64,000 nt of DNA from Candidatus Anderseniibacteriota bacterium (GCA_046350905.1 JAXLZN010000004.1:6026-70025); one strand, 5' to 3'. Shown: positions 1 to 10,021, counted from the first letter of the stretch. Translations and numbers: made by a program. Notes: a model not told the origin generated them from the letters alone.

Positions 1-1775
1 GACAAGCTCAAGAGCTGGGGCGTCACCACTGTCCTGACCGACGTGGGGTGGTCGCGCGTCGAGCCGGCCGAGGGCAAGTTCGACTTTAAGCGCTACGACG
101 ACCGTATCCAGGCTGCGGTCGACCACGGCCTCGACGTGATCCTCATCATGGACACCGGGGTCGAACGCGCCCCCGACTACAAAGCCCAGCCCGCCTGGGT
201 CCTCAAGAAGTACCCAGACGCGCAGGTCCAAGACTTCTACGGCGGCAACCACGGCCGCATCTCGTTTGAGCACGCCAAGGCCATGGCGCTCTTCAACGAC
301 TTCATCAAGACCGCCAGCGAGCACTTTGTCGGCCAGTACCACACCGGGATCCGCGCCATCGGGCCGAACTTCAGCAACCAGATCGAGACGCGCTACATGC
401 AGTTCGAGTTTAAGTGGCTGGACTACTCGGCCGCCTCGCAAGCTGGCTACCGCACCTGGCTCAAGAAGAAGTACGGCACCATCGGCAAGCTCAACACGGC
501 CTGGAGCTCGGCCTTTGGTTCGTTCGATGAGATCAAGATGCTGGTGGTCGACAAGAACCAGTCCGGCTTTGATCCCGACATCCGGCCGACCTACATCGAC
601 GTGATGCAGTACCGCCAGGACTCGCTGGTCGCCGGGGTCGAGTCCTCGCTGGCCGTGATCCGTGCCGCGGGCGCCAAGACGTACCTCCACGGTGGCGAGG
701 TGCTCACCAAGGACGACGCGATCTTTACCCTGCCGATGTCGGACCTGGCGCCGAGCGTCGACTTTTTGGCGGTGGACTACAACCACATCACCGGCGACGG
801 CCAGCCGACCGATCCCTCGCTCGTCGGCTTTATCACGAGCTACGCCGCGCAGTACGGCGCCAAAGCCATCTTTGAGGACTCGGTCGAGAGCCTGGCCGAA
901 CCCCGCTTTGCCAAGGACCGCGATGCGCGCGTCAACGAGTGCATCACCTGGGCCATGTCCAACGGTGCGGCCGGCATCGGCGTGGCCAACTTCTTGAGCG
1001 AGTGGGACGCGCAGGGCGTCTTCAAGTTCCAGCACGCGCTCTCCGCCACCATGCAGCAGCGCAAGCCGGTGAGCGAACGCGCCGTCGCGGTCTACGGTTC
1101 GATCTGGCTGCCGTTCGGGTACCACGGCTCGCAGGACTACCGTACCTCGTCGGGGTTCCGCGACGTCTTCCAGAACAACGTGCACGGGATGTTCAAGCTG
1201 CTCGAGGGGGCGGGGATTCCGGTCGGGGTGCTGTCGGATACCGCGATCGCCAAGGGCGCGCTCAAGAACTACGACGTGGTCGTGCTGCCCTACCAGGTGG
1301 TGGTGCCCGAGGAGACGCTCGTGGCCCTACGCGACTGGCAGGCGGCTGGTGGCAAGCTCGTGCAGGACGTACGCTTCGGTGAATTTTCGCTGACGGGCCA
1401 GCGCGACGAGGCCAAGCTGGGGGACATGTTCAACGTTACGTTTGGCCAGGCTAGAACGGACGAGGTGGCGACACCAACCGGAGCGCTGGCCGATGCGCTC
1501 GGGGTTACCTCGCTGACGGTCGGCGACTCGACGCTCGAGACCAACCTATCTAACGGCTTGTTCACGACGAAGCTTTGTAACGCCGGGCGACCGCGGACTA
1601 CCTCAAGCGCGCGAGCGGGACGGGTTCGACCCTGGCGATCAACCCGCGGAAGGGGACGGCCTACCTCGGCTTTATGCCCGGCTTGCTCTACCTGTACGAG
1701 AAGGACAAAGCGGCGCTGGCCACGTACGAAAAGCTGATCAAGTTTGTGGTGGATCAGCTGCGGGGCGGGCAGTAG
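1..1775 (+). CDS. GH42-family-like glycoside hydrolase (beta-galactosidase-like). It is 5'-partial because it runs off the window start, and a frameshift near 1570-1600 restores a plausible C-terminus ending at TAG 1773-1775.
   Basis: The frame is open from nt 1. The 'WSRVEPAEGKFDF..YDDRIQAAVDHGLDVILIM' segment matches the GH42 catalytic TIM-barrel N-terminus. The 'KNYDVVVLPYQVVVPEETLVALRDWQAAGGKLV' segment matches the GH42 trimerisation domain. The tail of the track ORF 43..1737 is Arg-rich junk, but the +1 frame gives 'AADYLKRASGTGSTLAINPRKGTAYLGFMPGLLYLYEKDKAALATYEKLIKFVVDQLRGGQ*'. Confidence 0.6.
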
Positions 1776-1783
1776 CTGACGCA

Positions 1784-2323
1784 GTGGAAAACTCAGGTTT
1801 TTCTTCACAAGCTCTTAAGGACGAGCCTGCTAGCCTCCTCGCCGTGACCGACAAAGAAGAAATTCTCAAAGCAATCCGGGAAGGCGATGACGCCATTCGG
1901 CAAGCGATTCACGAGGGCGACAAGGCTGTACGTGAGGAGATTTTTGGTGCGACGAATGCCAGCACCAAGGCTCTCAAGGAGGGACTCCTCGTTGCCATTC
2001 ACGAGGGCGACAAAGCCGTCAAAGAAGAGCTGCTGGGGGCTATGCGGGGGCTAGATAAGCAGGTTCGCGACAACGGGGTCATGATTGAGCACCTCGATGG
2101 CAAGATTTCCGCAGTGGCAGAACAGCACACGTCGGTGATCGGTCGGCTCGACGGGATCGATCGTAGGCTCGGCGGGGTGGATCATCGATTCGACGGGGTT
2201 GATCGACGTCTCATAGGGATTGACCAACGTCTCGACGATCAGGGCGAAATGCTTGCCAAAGTTGCTGAGGACGTGACCACGCTGAAAGACGACGTCGCTA
2301 GCCTCAAGGGCGCTACCGTCTAG
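1784..2323 (+). CDS. Hypothetical coiled-coil or repeat protein with five consecutive heptads of the form RLxGxDx (RLDGIDR/RLGGVDH/RFDGVDR/RLIGIDQ/RLDDQGE) and a duplicated 'IHEGDKAV(R/K)EE' motif. GTG start.
   Basis: Track ORF of 179 aa. The 21-nt DNA periodicity is visible at 2140-2245. I recognise no enzymatic motif. Confidence 0.5.
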   Translation: MENSGFSSQALKDEPASLLAVTDKEEILKAIREGDDAIRQAIHEGDKAVREEIFGATNASTKALKEGLLVAIHEGDKAVKEELLGAMRGLDKQVRDNGVMIEHLDGKISAVAEQHTSVIGRLDGIDRRLGGVDHRFDGVDRRLIGIDQRLDDQGEMLAKVAEDVTTLKDDVASLKGATV

Positions 2324-2344
2324 AGTTGAAGGTGTAGGCTATTC

Positions 2345-3259
2345 ATGGCAGCATCCGCTGCCACCGTGAAGGTCACCTACGTCATCATTACGCGCAACCG
2401 CCGGGCCGACGTGCTCGAGAATTTGGCGCTGCTGCGCGACCAGGCACACCCACACGAGGTGGTGCTGGTCGACAACGGCTCGACCGACGGAACAGCGGCG
2501 GCAGTTGGTAAGGAGCATCCACGCGTCCGCCTCGTGGCCAACCCCGACAACACTGGCGTGACCGGCGGGCGCAACGCGGGGATCGCCGCGGCGCGCGACG
2601 CCGACCTGCTGATTTTTGCCGACGACGACGCGGTCATCCGTGACAAGGACGCAACCGCCACGGTTGTCGCCAAGGTTGCCGCCGACCCCACGCTCGGGAT
2701 CTTGGGTTTTCAGGAACGCAGCTACTACGACCCGCAGGTGCTGGCGCAGTGGTGCTACGGCCGGCGCCGCGCGCGCGACTGGGCGACGCGCGAGTTTGAC
2801 GCCTGGACGTTTCCCGGCGCGGGGCACGCCATCCGGCGCGAGGTGTTCGACCAGGTTGGGACGTACCCCGAGCGCTACTTTTACGCCTGCGAAGAGGTTG
2901 ACCTGAGCCTGCGTGCGCTCGACGCGGGCTGGCGCGTGGCCTACACGCCGGACGTCAAGGTCTACCACAAGGTCTCGCCCGCTACGCGCGCCAAGTTCCG
3001 CTACTACTTTGACCTCCGCAACAACATTTGGCTGTCGATGCGGCTCCTGCCCGCCTGGTACGGCGTGGCACGAACCGGCGGCTGGACGCTGCGGGCCACG
3101 TACCTCGCCCTGCGCAATCCCCGGCACCTGCCGCGCGTGCCGGCCGCGCTGCGCGATGCCTGGCGCGCGCGCCACGAGGTTTTGAAAGAGCGTAAGCCCG
3201 TTAAGAAGGAGACGCTCCAGAAAATCTGGCGCATGCGCCGGCAACGCAAACCGTCATGA
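2345..3259 (+). CDS. Family 2 glycosyltransferase
   Basis: 'VIITRNRRADVLENLALL...VVLVDNGSTDGT' is a GT2 nucleotide-sugar binding motif, and 'LLIFADDDAV' is a DxD-like motif. Intact 304-aa ORF. Confidence 0.75.
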   Translation: MAASAATVKVTYVIITRNRRADVLENLALLRDQAHPHEVVLVDNGSTDGTAAAVGKEHPRVRLVANPDNTGVTGGRNAGIAAARDADLLIFADDDAVIRDKDATATVVAKVAADPTLGILGFQERSYYDPQVLAQWCYGRRRARDWATREFDAWTFPGAGHAIRREVFDQVGTYPERYFYACEEVDLSLRALDAGWRVAYTPDVKVYHKVSPATRAKFRYYFDLRNNIWLSMRLLPAWYGVARTGGWTLRATYLALRNPRHLPRVPAALRDAWRARHEVLKERKPVKKETLQKIWRMRRQRKPS

Positions 3260-5424
3260 GCACCGTGCTGCCGCTGGTACTGCAGATTGTGGCGTGGACG
3301 AGCTTCGGCTTGGCCGCCGCTGCGTTTGTCGGCTACCCAATCGCGATGGTGGTGGCTGCGGCGGTGCGCGCGCCGCGCAGGTCGCAAGCCCTAGCAAGCG
3401 CGCCGCCGCCGCAGCCTCCCAAAGTTGCCATTGTGATCGCTGCCTACAACGAAGAAGCGGGGATTGCCCACACGCTTGAGAGCATGTTCGCCCAGGACTA
3501 CCCGAGCGACCGGCGCAAGATCATCGTGTTCTCAGACGGCTCGACGGACACGACCGACGAGGTCGTGCGCGGCTTTGCCTCGCGCGGCGTCCAGCTGGTC
3601 CGCTACCCGCGCCTCGGCAAGACGGAGTGCCAGAACCGCACGGTCGAATCGCTGCCCGCCGACATCGACGTCGTCGCCTTTGCTGACGGCAACGTGCGCT
3701 GGGAGCGGGGTGCGCTCACGGCGCTCGTCGCGCCGTTCGCGCAACAAAACGTAGCGGCCACGACCGGCAAGCTGATGTACCAACGCGCCACCGTTGCCGG
3801 CGCTGCGGTCGAGGAGCGCGAGCACGAAGGTCTCTTCCGCCGCGTCGATGAATCCATCAAGGCAGGGGAGAGCGCGCTCGTCGCAACCGTCGGCGTCAAC
3901 GGCCCGATCTACGCGGTGCGCCGGAGCGAGTACGTGCGGCTCCGGGCTGACTACGTGAGCGACCTCGTGCTGCCGGTCCTGCTCGTGGCCCGCGGCCGCC
4001 GGGTCGTGTACGTGCCCGCTGCCATCGCCCGCGAACCCGCCAGCCCCGACGTCGTAGCCGAGCTCGCCCGCAAGCGTCGCCTCGTGACGCAGGGTCTCGT
4101 CGCGCTGCCGCTGCTGGTTCGCGCCGGGTGGCGCAGCCGCACGCCGGGCCTGCTCAGCATGCTGCTCTTCCACAAGGTGCTGCGCTGGTTTGGGCTCGAG
4201 CTGCTGGCGCTCTCCTTTGTGCTAATGGTTGCGCTGCTCCCCCGCCCCGTCTACGTCGTGACGGTCTCGCTCGGCCTGCTCGCGATCGCGGGTGCGCTGG
4301 TCGCGATTGCCCGCGCCCTCAGCCACCGCAGCGCCGGGCCGCTCATGCCGCTCGGCTACTTTTTGCTGACGACCTGGGGCGGCGTGCTCGGCAAGGTTGA
4401 CCTGCTGCGCGGGGAGCGCGCGGCCACGTGGCGAACCGCGCAGCGCCAGGGTGCGGCTGCGGCGCGCGCCGAAGCTGCCCCTGCGCTGCTCCCCAGCTCG
4501 CTCGCCCTCTCGATCGTCATCGTGACCTACCAGTCACGCGCCGACATCGGCGCGTGCCTCCGCTCGCTCAAGGAGCACGCGCCCAAAGCTCCCCACGAAA
4601 TCTTTGTGGTCGACAACGCCTCGACCGACGGCACGGCGGACTACGTGGCGAGCAGCTTCCGCGACGTCACGCTCATCCGTAGCACCACCAACCAAGGCTT
4701 CGGCCGGGCGAACAACCGGGCCATCGAGCGCGCCCGCGGCAGGTACATCGTTGCGCTCAACCCTGACGCGCGCGTGACCGCGGGCGCGCTCGACACCCTC
4801 GTCACGCTCGCCGACCAGCAGCCCAAGCTCGGGACCCTCGCGCCCAAGCTGGTGTTTCCGGACGGGAGTCGCCAACCCAACTCGTACTGGTTCCCTGCCC
4901 TCGGTCCAGGTGTTGCCCAGCTACTCTTCCTCGAAAAGCTGCTCGAACGCCAAGCCGCCCGCGCCACGCTGACCAGCACGGAGTGGTCGACCGGCGCTGC
5001 GCTGCTCTTTCCGCGCGTGATCGACAAGACGTTGACGCGGTTCGACCCGGAGATTTTCTTGTACTCGGAGGACGTGGACCTCTGCTGGACGCTCCACCAA
5101 AAAGGGCGCCTCAACTACGCAACCGCACGGGCCACTGTGACCCACGCCCTCAACCGCTCGGGCGAACAGTTCTTTGCTGCCGGCAGCAGCGACCGTGCGG
5201 ACGAGGCGCGCTTTGCCGAGTGGAAAAAGACCTTGCGCTACGTGGCGTTCAAGCACTGGCGGGGGATCTTCAAGGGTGCGCGCTTTCGCCTCTACTGCCA
5301 GCTGCGCGCGCTGATCGCGCTCGAGCGGGCGTGGGTCCTGCCGCTACGCAAGCTGCCAGCCGACAAGCGAACGCAGCTCTCGCACGAGCACCACGCCGCG
5401 GCGCGGGCGTTCGCCCGAGCCTAG
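3256..5424 (+). CDS. Membrane glycosyltransferase with two GT2 domains separated by a block of transmembrane helices (tandem GT2).
   Basis: N-terminal TM, then 'VAIVIAAYNEEAGIAHTLESM...IIVFSDGSTDTTDEV' (GT2 number 1), then about four TM helices, then 'LSIVIVTYQSRADIGACLRSL...IFVVDNASTDGTADYV...GFGRANNRAIERARGRYIVALNPDARV' (GT2 number 2). ATGA overlap with the upstream GT2. Confidence 0.7.
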   Translation: MSTVLPLVLQIVAWTSFGLAAAAFVGYPIAMVVAAAVRAPRRSQALASAPPPQPPKVAIVIAAYNEEAGIAHTLESMFAQDYPSDRRKIIVFSDGSTDTTDEVVRGFASRGVQLVRYPRLGKTECQNRTVESLPADIDVVAFADGNVRWERGALTALVAPFAQQNVAATTGKLMYQRATVAGAAVEEREHEGLFRRVDESIKAGESALVATVGVNGPIYAVRRSEYVRLRADYVSDLVLPVLLVARGRRVVYVPAAIAREPASPDVVAELARKRRLVTQGLVALPLLVRAGWRSRTPGLLSMLLFHKVLRWFGLELLALSFVLMVALLPRPVYVVTVSLGLLAIAGALVAIARALSHRSAGPLMPLGYFLLTTWGGVLGKVDLLRGERAATWRTAQRQGAAAARAEAAPALLPSSLALSIVIVTYQSRADIGACLRSLKEHAPKAPHEIFVVDNASTDGTADYVASSFRDVTLIRSTTNQGFGRANNRAIERARGRYIVALNPDARVTAGALDTLVTLADQQPKLGTLAPKLVFPDGSRQPNSYWFPALGPGVAQLLFLEKLLERQAARATLTSTEWSTGAALLFPRVIDKTLTRFDPEIFLYSEDVDLCWTLHQKGRLNYATARATVTHALNRSGEQFFAAGSSDRADEARFAEWKKTLRYVAFKHWRGIFKGARFRLYCQLRALIALERAWVLPLRKLPADKRTQLSHEHHAAARAFARA

Positions 5425-5493
5425 TCGACAGAACAAAAGAGAGCGGTGGACCCATCGAGGATCCACCGTCATCGGTGTGCGTAGCGACGTTCG

Positions 5494-6243
5494 CTACGGA
5501 ATGGTTGTGGCAATTGCCTCCCGCACCGCGCGCTCGTGCGCCTCGTACTCGTGCGGCTGCACGCCTGGTTCGTTTCGGTAGTACGGCGTAGCGGTGCCCG
5601 CGAGGTACAGCTCCAGCACATGGATCTGCAGCTCGTGCTCCAGGGGCAGCAGCCGTGCGGCGATCGAAGCAGCCGTATCGCCTGCAAAGAGCGGCATCCG
5701 GACTGTCTTGAGGAGCGGCCCGCGGTCGTAGCCGGGAACCGCAACGTGAGCAGTTGCCTCTGTGAAAGGCTCCTCGCGCCGTGCATACTCCAGCATGAAC
5801 AGCCGCGTGGCCTCGTGCACCACCAGCCCGCGCATGCCGTTTCCGCCGAAGTCACGACGCCTGGGCTCTCCCTCGGGCACGGGGTCCATCCACCCGGGGT
5901 GCTGGTTGTAGATCTTGCACCCGAACCAGGTGGTGAATGGATCAGGTATGAGCACCGTGCAGCCGTGCAGCCCGACCAGCTCAATCCCGTAGCGCTCGAC
6001 GTACGGGAAGAGCTGCTCGGAGAACTCTTCGGGCGTACGACGCTGGCTCTTGGGAATGACGTGGTACCGCGACGGTGGCATACCTGCCGCACACCAGCGG
6101 TCGTAGGCACCGAGTCCGTCCCGGGTGGCAATGCAGCACATCGGTTGGAGGTCGCTGAGCCGGCCGCTCTTGTGCGCGGCGAGAATGGCACCCATGGTCG
6201 AGCCACCGCCCGACACTATCGGCATCCAGAGTACTTTGGCCAT
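5494..6243 (-). CDS. purN: Phosphoribosylglycinamide formyltransferase (PurN-like formyltransferase)
   Basis: It aligns along the E. coli PurN fold. 'PIVSGGGSTMGAILAA' corresponds to 'VLISGNGSNLQAIIDA'. 'NQHPGWM' carries the N-x-H catalytic pair (N106/H108). 'GYDRGPLL..VRMPLFAGDTAASIAARLLPLEHELQIHVL' corresponds to 'TDELDGGPVILQAKVPVFAGDSEDDITARVQTQEHAIYPLVI', including the catalytic Asp. Confidence 0.7.
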   Translation of the reverse strand: MAKVLWMPIVSGGGSTMGAILAAHKSGRLSDLQPMCCIATRDGLGAYDRWCAAGMPPSRYHVIPKSQRRTPEEFSEQLFPYVERYGIELVGLHGCTVLIPDPFTTWFGCKIYNQHPGWMDPVPEGEPRRRDFGGNGMRGLVVHEATRLFMLEYARREEPFTEATAHVAVPGYDRGPLLKTVRMPLFAGDTAASIAARLLPLEHELQIHVLELYLAGTATPYYRNEPGVQPHEYEAHERAVREAIATTIP

Positions 6244-6389
6244 AGCCTCTCCTTTCAGAAGCAGAAGTAACGAGAGGCGATCTGCCTCGCGGCGAGGCTA
6301 GCGTGCTTGATCCCCGCGTGCAACGTGCGACGTGAGCCTTGACCCGTCGCTAACTTTGTGGCATGCGTTGCGCTGGGAGGAGAGCTAGC

Positions 6390-6959
6390 ATGTTGTTTCC
6401 ACATGACCTTACGTTCGTCGAAGTGCAGGTTCCAGATGGGACCCGGCAGCACGTTCCGCTCCGCATGATCACCTACCTGACGCACCCCCAGCCGAGCTGC
6501 AGCGCGCAGTCCGTCGGCGTCCTCATCGTTCGCAACGACCACCTGCTCCTGGGCGAACGCGCCAAGGAGCCCTCCGGCTGGGCCCCACCCGCGGGCCACG
6601 TCGACCTCAGCGACCGCACGCCAGCTGCGGCAGCGCAGCGTGAGGTGCGAGAGGAGGTCAACCTCACCATCGACCTCCCGGCCCACCCGCTCCTGCAGCG
6701 CGCCTACGAGAACACCTGCCGGCGAGGTACCCCGCGGCACGCCTGGACCGTCTACCAGGTTCACGCCGAAGGGGAGCCGCACCCCAAGGCGGACGAACTC
6801 AAGCAGCTCCGCTGGGTCGACCACCAAGAGCTCGTGCTCATGTGCAACCGGACCCGCCGCTACCTCCGCAAGGAGATCAGCGATACCGACTGGCGGGCCG
6901 ACCCCGGACTCGAACCGGTCTGGGTCGAGATCCTGGGAGAGCTCAGCTACATTCCGTAA
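6390..6959 (+). CDS. NUDIX hydrolase
   Basis: Nudix box 'GHVDLSDRTPAAAAQREVREEVNL' (GX5EX7REUXEEXGU). ATG at 6390 is preceded by the Shine-Dalgarno sequence GGGAGG, whereas the track start 6363 has none. Confidence 0.7.
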   Translation: MLFPHDLTFVEVQVPDGTRQHVPLRMITYLTHPQPSCSAQSVGVLIVRNDHLLLGERAKEPSGWAPPAGHVDLSDRTPAAAAQREVREEVNLTIDLPAHPLLQRAYENTCRRGTPRHAWTVYQVHAEGEPHPKADELKQLRWVDHQELVLMCNRTRRYLRKEISDTDWRADPGLEPVWVEILGELSYIP

Positions 6960-7042
6960 CTCGCCACCCCGCGCCGCCTCTCGTCTACGAGAGGCGGCGC
7001 TTCACGTTGCCGCGCAGCGCGGCCCGCACTAGAGTGCCCCGC

Positions 7043-8254
7043 GTGCAGCCGTCCACGACCTCGCCACGAACCAAGCTCGAAATCACGCTCCTCCTCGCGA
7101 GCTTTGCAATCTTTCTCACGACCTCGCTGGTTGTCGCCGTCGAGCTGCCGCGCGGCCGGGGCAACGACGAGGACGGCCATGCCACGTACGTTCGCTACGT
7201 GACGGACTACCATCGACTCCCGGACCCACGCTCGATCGACTTTGGCGTTAACCGCGAACCCCACCAGCCGCCGCTCTACTACCTGGGCGGCTCGCTCTGG
7301 CTGCGGGCAGCGCGCGCGGTCGGCCTGAGCCAAGACAGCGTCCGGCTCTACAGCACCGTCGTCGGCGCGGTGTGGTTCTGGCTGGTCTGGCTCATCGCGC
7401 GCCGGCTGCTGCCGGTCGGCCAGCGCGTGCTACCGAGCCTGACCCTGGCCAGCCTGCCGATGGCTGCGCAGCTCGCCGGCACGGTCAACAACGATATCCT
7501 CGAGATCACTCTCGCCACGCTCATGCTCTACGCGGCGGTGCGCGTCTGGCAGGGGAGCACCCGGCGCGAACTCCGCACCTGGTACGTCCTCGCCGCACTG
7601 GCCGGTGCCGGTGCGCTGCTCAGCAAGTTCTTTGCGCTCGGAGCGGTTACCGTCGTTGCCGCCGCGCTGACCTACCGCGCGATCAAAACCAAGCAGCTGC
7701 CGGCCTGGCTGCTCGGCCTCACGCTCGCCGCGCTGCCGGTCATTGCGTTTGCTGCACACAACTACGCGACGACCGGCGTGCTCCTACCCGAGCTCAACCT
7801 CGGTGCCAACCCGTACGTGGCGGCCTACCGCGATCCGTGGGACGCCACAACGTTCCTCCCGTTTGCCGCAATCACGTGGCAAACGTTCATCGGCCGGCTG
7901 GGGAGCTGGGACATTGGGCTGCCCACCTGGTTCTACCTCACGCACCTGGCGGCCTGGCTCGCCGCCCTCGCCGGGCTGGTGCGAACCAAGGTCCACCGTC
8001 TCATCGTGCTCGCGGCGGTCGCCTTTGCCGCGAGCTGGCCCGCCTACGTCTACCTCAACCTGAGCTTTTTCCAGCCGCAGGCGCGCTACGTCTACGCCGG
8101 CTTGATCGGCGCGCTGCTCCTCGCGGCGGTCGGCTGGAGTGCACTCGCGCAACGGTTGCTCGCTCGTCGTGTGCGCGCCCCGTGGATTGTACCCGCCCTC
8201 GCGCTCGTCGCGTTCGACCTTGCCGGACTGGTGGTCACGCTACTCGCGCTGTAG
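7043..8254 (+). CDS. GT-C fold membrane glycosyltransferase (PMT/ArnT family 39/83-like). The start is uncertain; the track ORF begins at 6842, but a GTG at 7043 is more plausible.
   Basis: About 11 TM helices. The N-terminal loop 'LPRGRGNDEDGHATYVRYVTDY' resembles the DE...H periplasmic catalytic loop of GT-C enzymes. The first 65 codons of the track ORF are low-complexity and overlap the NUDIX gene. Confidence 0.5.
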   Translation: MQPSTTSPRTKLEITLLLASFAIFLTTSLVVAVELPRGRGNDEDGHATYVRYVTDYHRLPDPRSIDFGVNREPHQPPLYYLGGSLWLRAARAVGLSQDSVRLYSTVVGAVWFWLVWLIARRLLPVGQRVLPSLTLASLPMAAQLAGTVNNDILEITLATLMLYAAVRVWQGSTRRELRTWYVLAALAGAGALLSKFFALGAVTVVAAALTYRAIKTKQLPAWLLGLTLAALPVIAFAAHNYATTGVLLPELNLGANPYVAAYRDPWDATTFLPFAAITWQTFIGRLGSWDIGLPTWFYLTHLAAWLAALAGLVRTKVHRLIVLAAVAFAASWPAYVYLNLSFFQPQARYVYAGLIGALLLAAVGWSALAQRLLARRVRAPWIVPALALVAFDLAGLVVTLLAL

Positions 8255-8289
8255 TTCGCGCCGGGCTCGTGGCACACTGCGCGTAAAGG

Positions 8290-9443
8290 ATGCGCTTCCT
8301 CTTTGTCCGCACGATTAAGCTCGGCCGGATCGCCGGCATTACGATCGAACTCGACTGGTCGTGGTTCTTGGTGTTTGCGCTGGTGCTGTACTCGCTGGCC
8401 TTCGGATTTTTTCCGGCGGTCTACGGCTTTGGCCCAGCCCTCTCGCTGGCCCTTGGCTTTGGCACCACGCTGCTCTTTTTTGCCTCAGTCCTCTTGCACG
8501 AACTCTCGCACTCGGTCGTGGCCAACCGCCTGGGCCTCCGGATCCGTAAAATTACACTCTTTATCTTTGGCGGGGTCGCCAACCTGACCCGGCCGAACCT
8601 TCCAAGCCCCCCGTCGAGCTGCTCGTGGCGCTGGCTGGTCCGCTCATGAGCATCCTGCTCGCAGGATTGTTCTTTGGACTCTCGTGGCTGCTCCAGAATC
8701 TGTGGTACCCGGCTGCGGTGGCTGGCGGGTACCTGGCCCTCATCAACGGGGTGCTGCTTGGCTTTCAACCTGATCCCGGGGTACCCGCTGGATGGGGGAC
8801 GCCTGCTGCGGGCAATCCTCTGGCGCTGGCTCGGGCTCGAACGTGCCACGCGCATCGCGGCCGGCGTCGGCGTCGTGGTCGGGGGGCTGCTGGTGGCGTA
8901 CGGCGTGTTTCAGTTCTTCTACCTCGGCAGCTTCTTTGGGCTGGTGTGGTTTGGTGCGATCGGCTACTTCTTGGCCTCGGCTGCGCGCGAGGCGTGGCCC
9001 AGCAGCAGCTCATGGCCACGCTCTCGCGCATCACCGTGCGTGACCTGATGACGCCCAACCCGCTGGTCGTCCAGGCCGGCACGAGCCTCGACCAGTTTGT
9101 GCAAGCCGAGCTGCTCCACCGTAAGCAGTCGGGCGCCCTCGTCTCGGAGCGGGGCCGGGTCATTGGCGACGTGGGCCTCGAGCAGGTGCGCCGCGTGCCG
9201 GTCCAGGACCTGCCCACCACTACGGTCGGCGAGGTGGCACGACGCTTCCACCGCGAGGAGCTGCTCAAGCCCAGCCAGCCCGCCAGCCGTGCCCTGGCGC
9301 ACCTCATGGCCAACGGCGCCGAGCGGCTGCCCGTCCTTGACCGCGGCCGGCTAGTGGGCGTGCTTGCCCGCGAAGATGTGCGCGTCTACCTGGCGGTCAG
9401 GACCGACCTGCTCAACCGCGAGCCTGACCGCACGCGGATCTAG
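8290..9443 (+). CDS. Site-2 protease family (peptidase M50) with a C-terminal CBS-domain pair. It is split over frames 1 and 3 by about three frameshifts.
   Basis: HExxH '[11 protein letters not shown]' in frame 1. '[15 protein letters not shown]' in frame 3. '[18 protein letters not shown]' (LDG motif) back in frame 1 (ORF 8674..9048). CBS pair '[24 protein letters not shown]...[18 protein letters not shown]' in frame 3. Confidence 0.75.
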
Positions 9444-9944
9444 CTCAGCGGTCAGAAATGTAAGAGCCCCACGATACGTCGTGAGGCTCTGAAAAAACTG
9501 CGTGGCGGACTTACTCCAGCACACCGGCCCACCACCTGGTCTGGGCTTGTCGCGCGGCACGGGGGTAAAGATGAACGCCCCTCCGCCTGGAAACGACATG
9601 CTGAACGTGCAGCGCATCAGCTCGTCGAGCGGCTCCGGTCCGCCGCACCAGGTGATCCAGTCGCGCATGTTCTCCAGAAAGACCGGCCCGGACGGTCCTG
9701 GAACCACCATGATCAAGTGGCAGTCCGGGCCGCTAATGAAGGTCACAGCGCTCGACTCAGCTACGACCACCGCGCGCAACCGGAGTTCGGCACCGTACGG
9801 CGTTTGCCCAGCGACAGCAACGCCGTGCTCATCCAGTACTGCTTGGAGCTTGTCGAAACCTGAAAACCTCGGCAGCTCGTTGAGACGACACAGATCTTTC
9901 TTCCACGCATCATCCATCTGATCCCCCTGTTCGTCGCGGCTCAC
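9351..9944 (-). CDS. Hypothetical protein with no recognisable domain. The 3' end is probably frameshifted, with a true stop near 9511.
   Basis: 197-aa track ORF with protein-like composition. Its tail 'GGAFIFTPVPRDKPRPGGGPVCWS' looks out of frame. The alternative frame terminates at TAA (complement of 9511-9513), just before the hairpin. Confidence 0.35.
   Translation of the reverse strand: MSRDEQGDQMDDAWKKDLCRLNELPRFSGFDKLQAVLDEHGVAVAGQTPYGAELRLRAVVVAESSAVTFISGPDCHLIMVVPGPSGPVFLENMRDWITWCGGPEPLDELMRCTFSMSFPGGGAFIFTPVPRDKPRPGGGPVCWSKSATQFFQSLTTYRGALTFLTAELDPRAVRLAVEQVGPDRQVDAHIFAGKHAH
9463..9490. terminator. GC-rich nested hairpin (agagcc-c-cacga-tacg-tcgtg-a-ggctct) between convergent genes, flanked by an A6 run. 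Possible bidirectional terminator.
   Basis: The inverted repeat is read directly. The T or A tract is only on one side, so function is tentative. Confidence 0.35.
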
Positions 9945-10021
9945 CCGACTTGTCCAACGAACGAACGTCGCAGCGTAGACCAGTTTGACGCCCCAGTCAA
10001 GCGTAGCTAGCCTGGCGGACT

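Noticed and set aside
5494-8254. An Arn-like (formyl-aminoarabinose) lipid A modification pathway, from formyltransferase, GT2 and GT-C genes
   Set aside because: The formyltransferase aligns end-to-end with PurN of purine biosynthesis (N-x-H and Asp catalytic triad) and has no ArnA-like dehydrogenase partner. It lies on the opposite strand, so the resemblance is coincidental.
9502-9921. + strand 139-aa ORF opposite the 9351-9944 gene
   Set aside because: Ser/Pro/Gly-rich junk. It sits downstream of a convergent-gene hairpin, so it is unlikely to be transcribed as sense.
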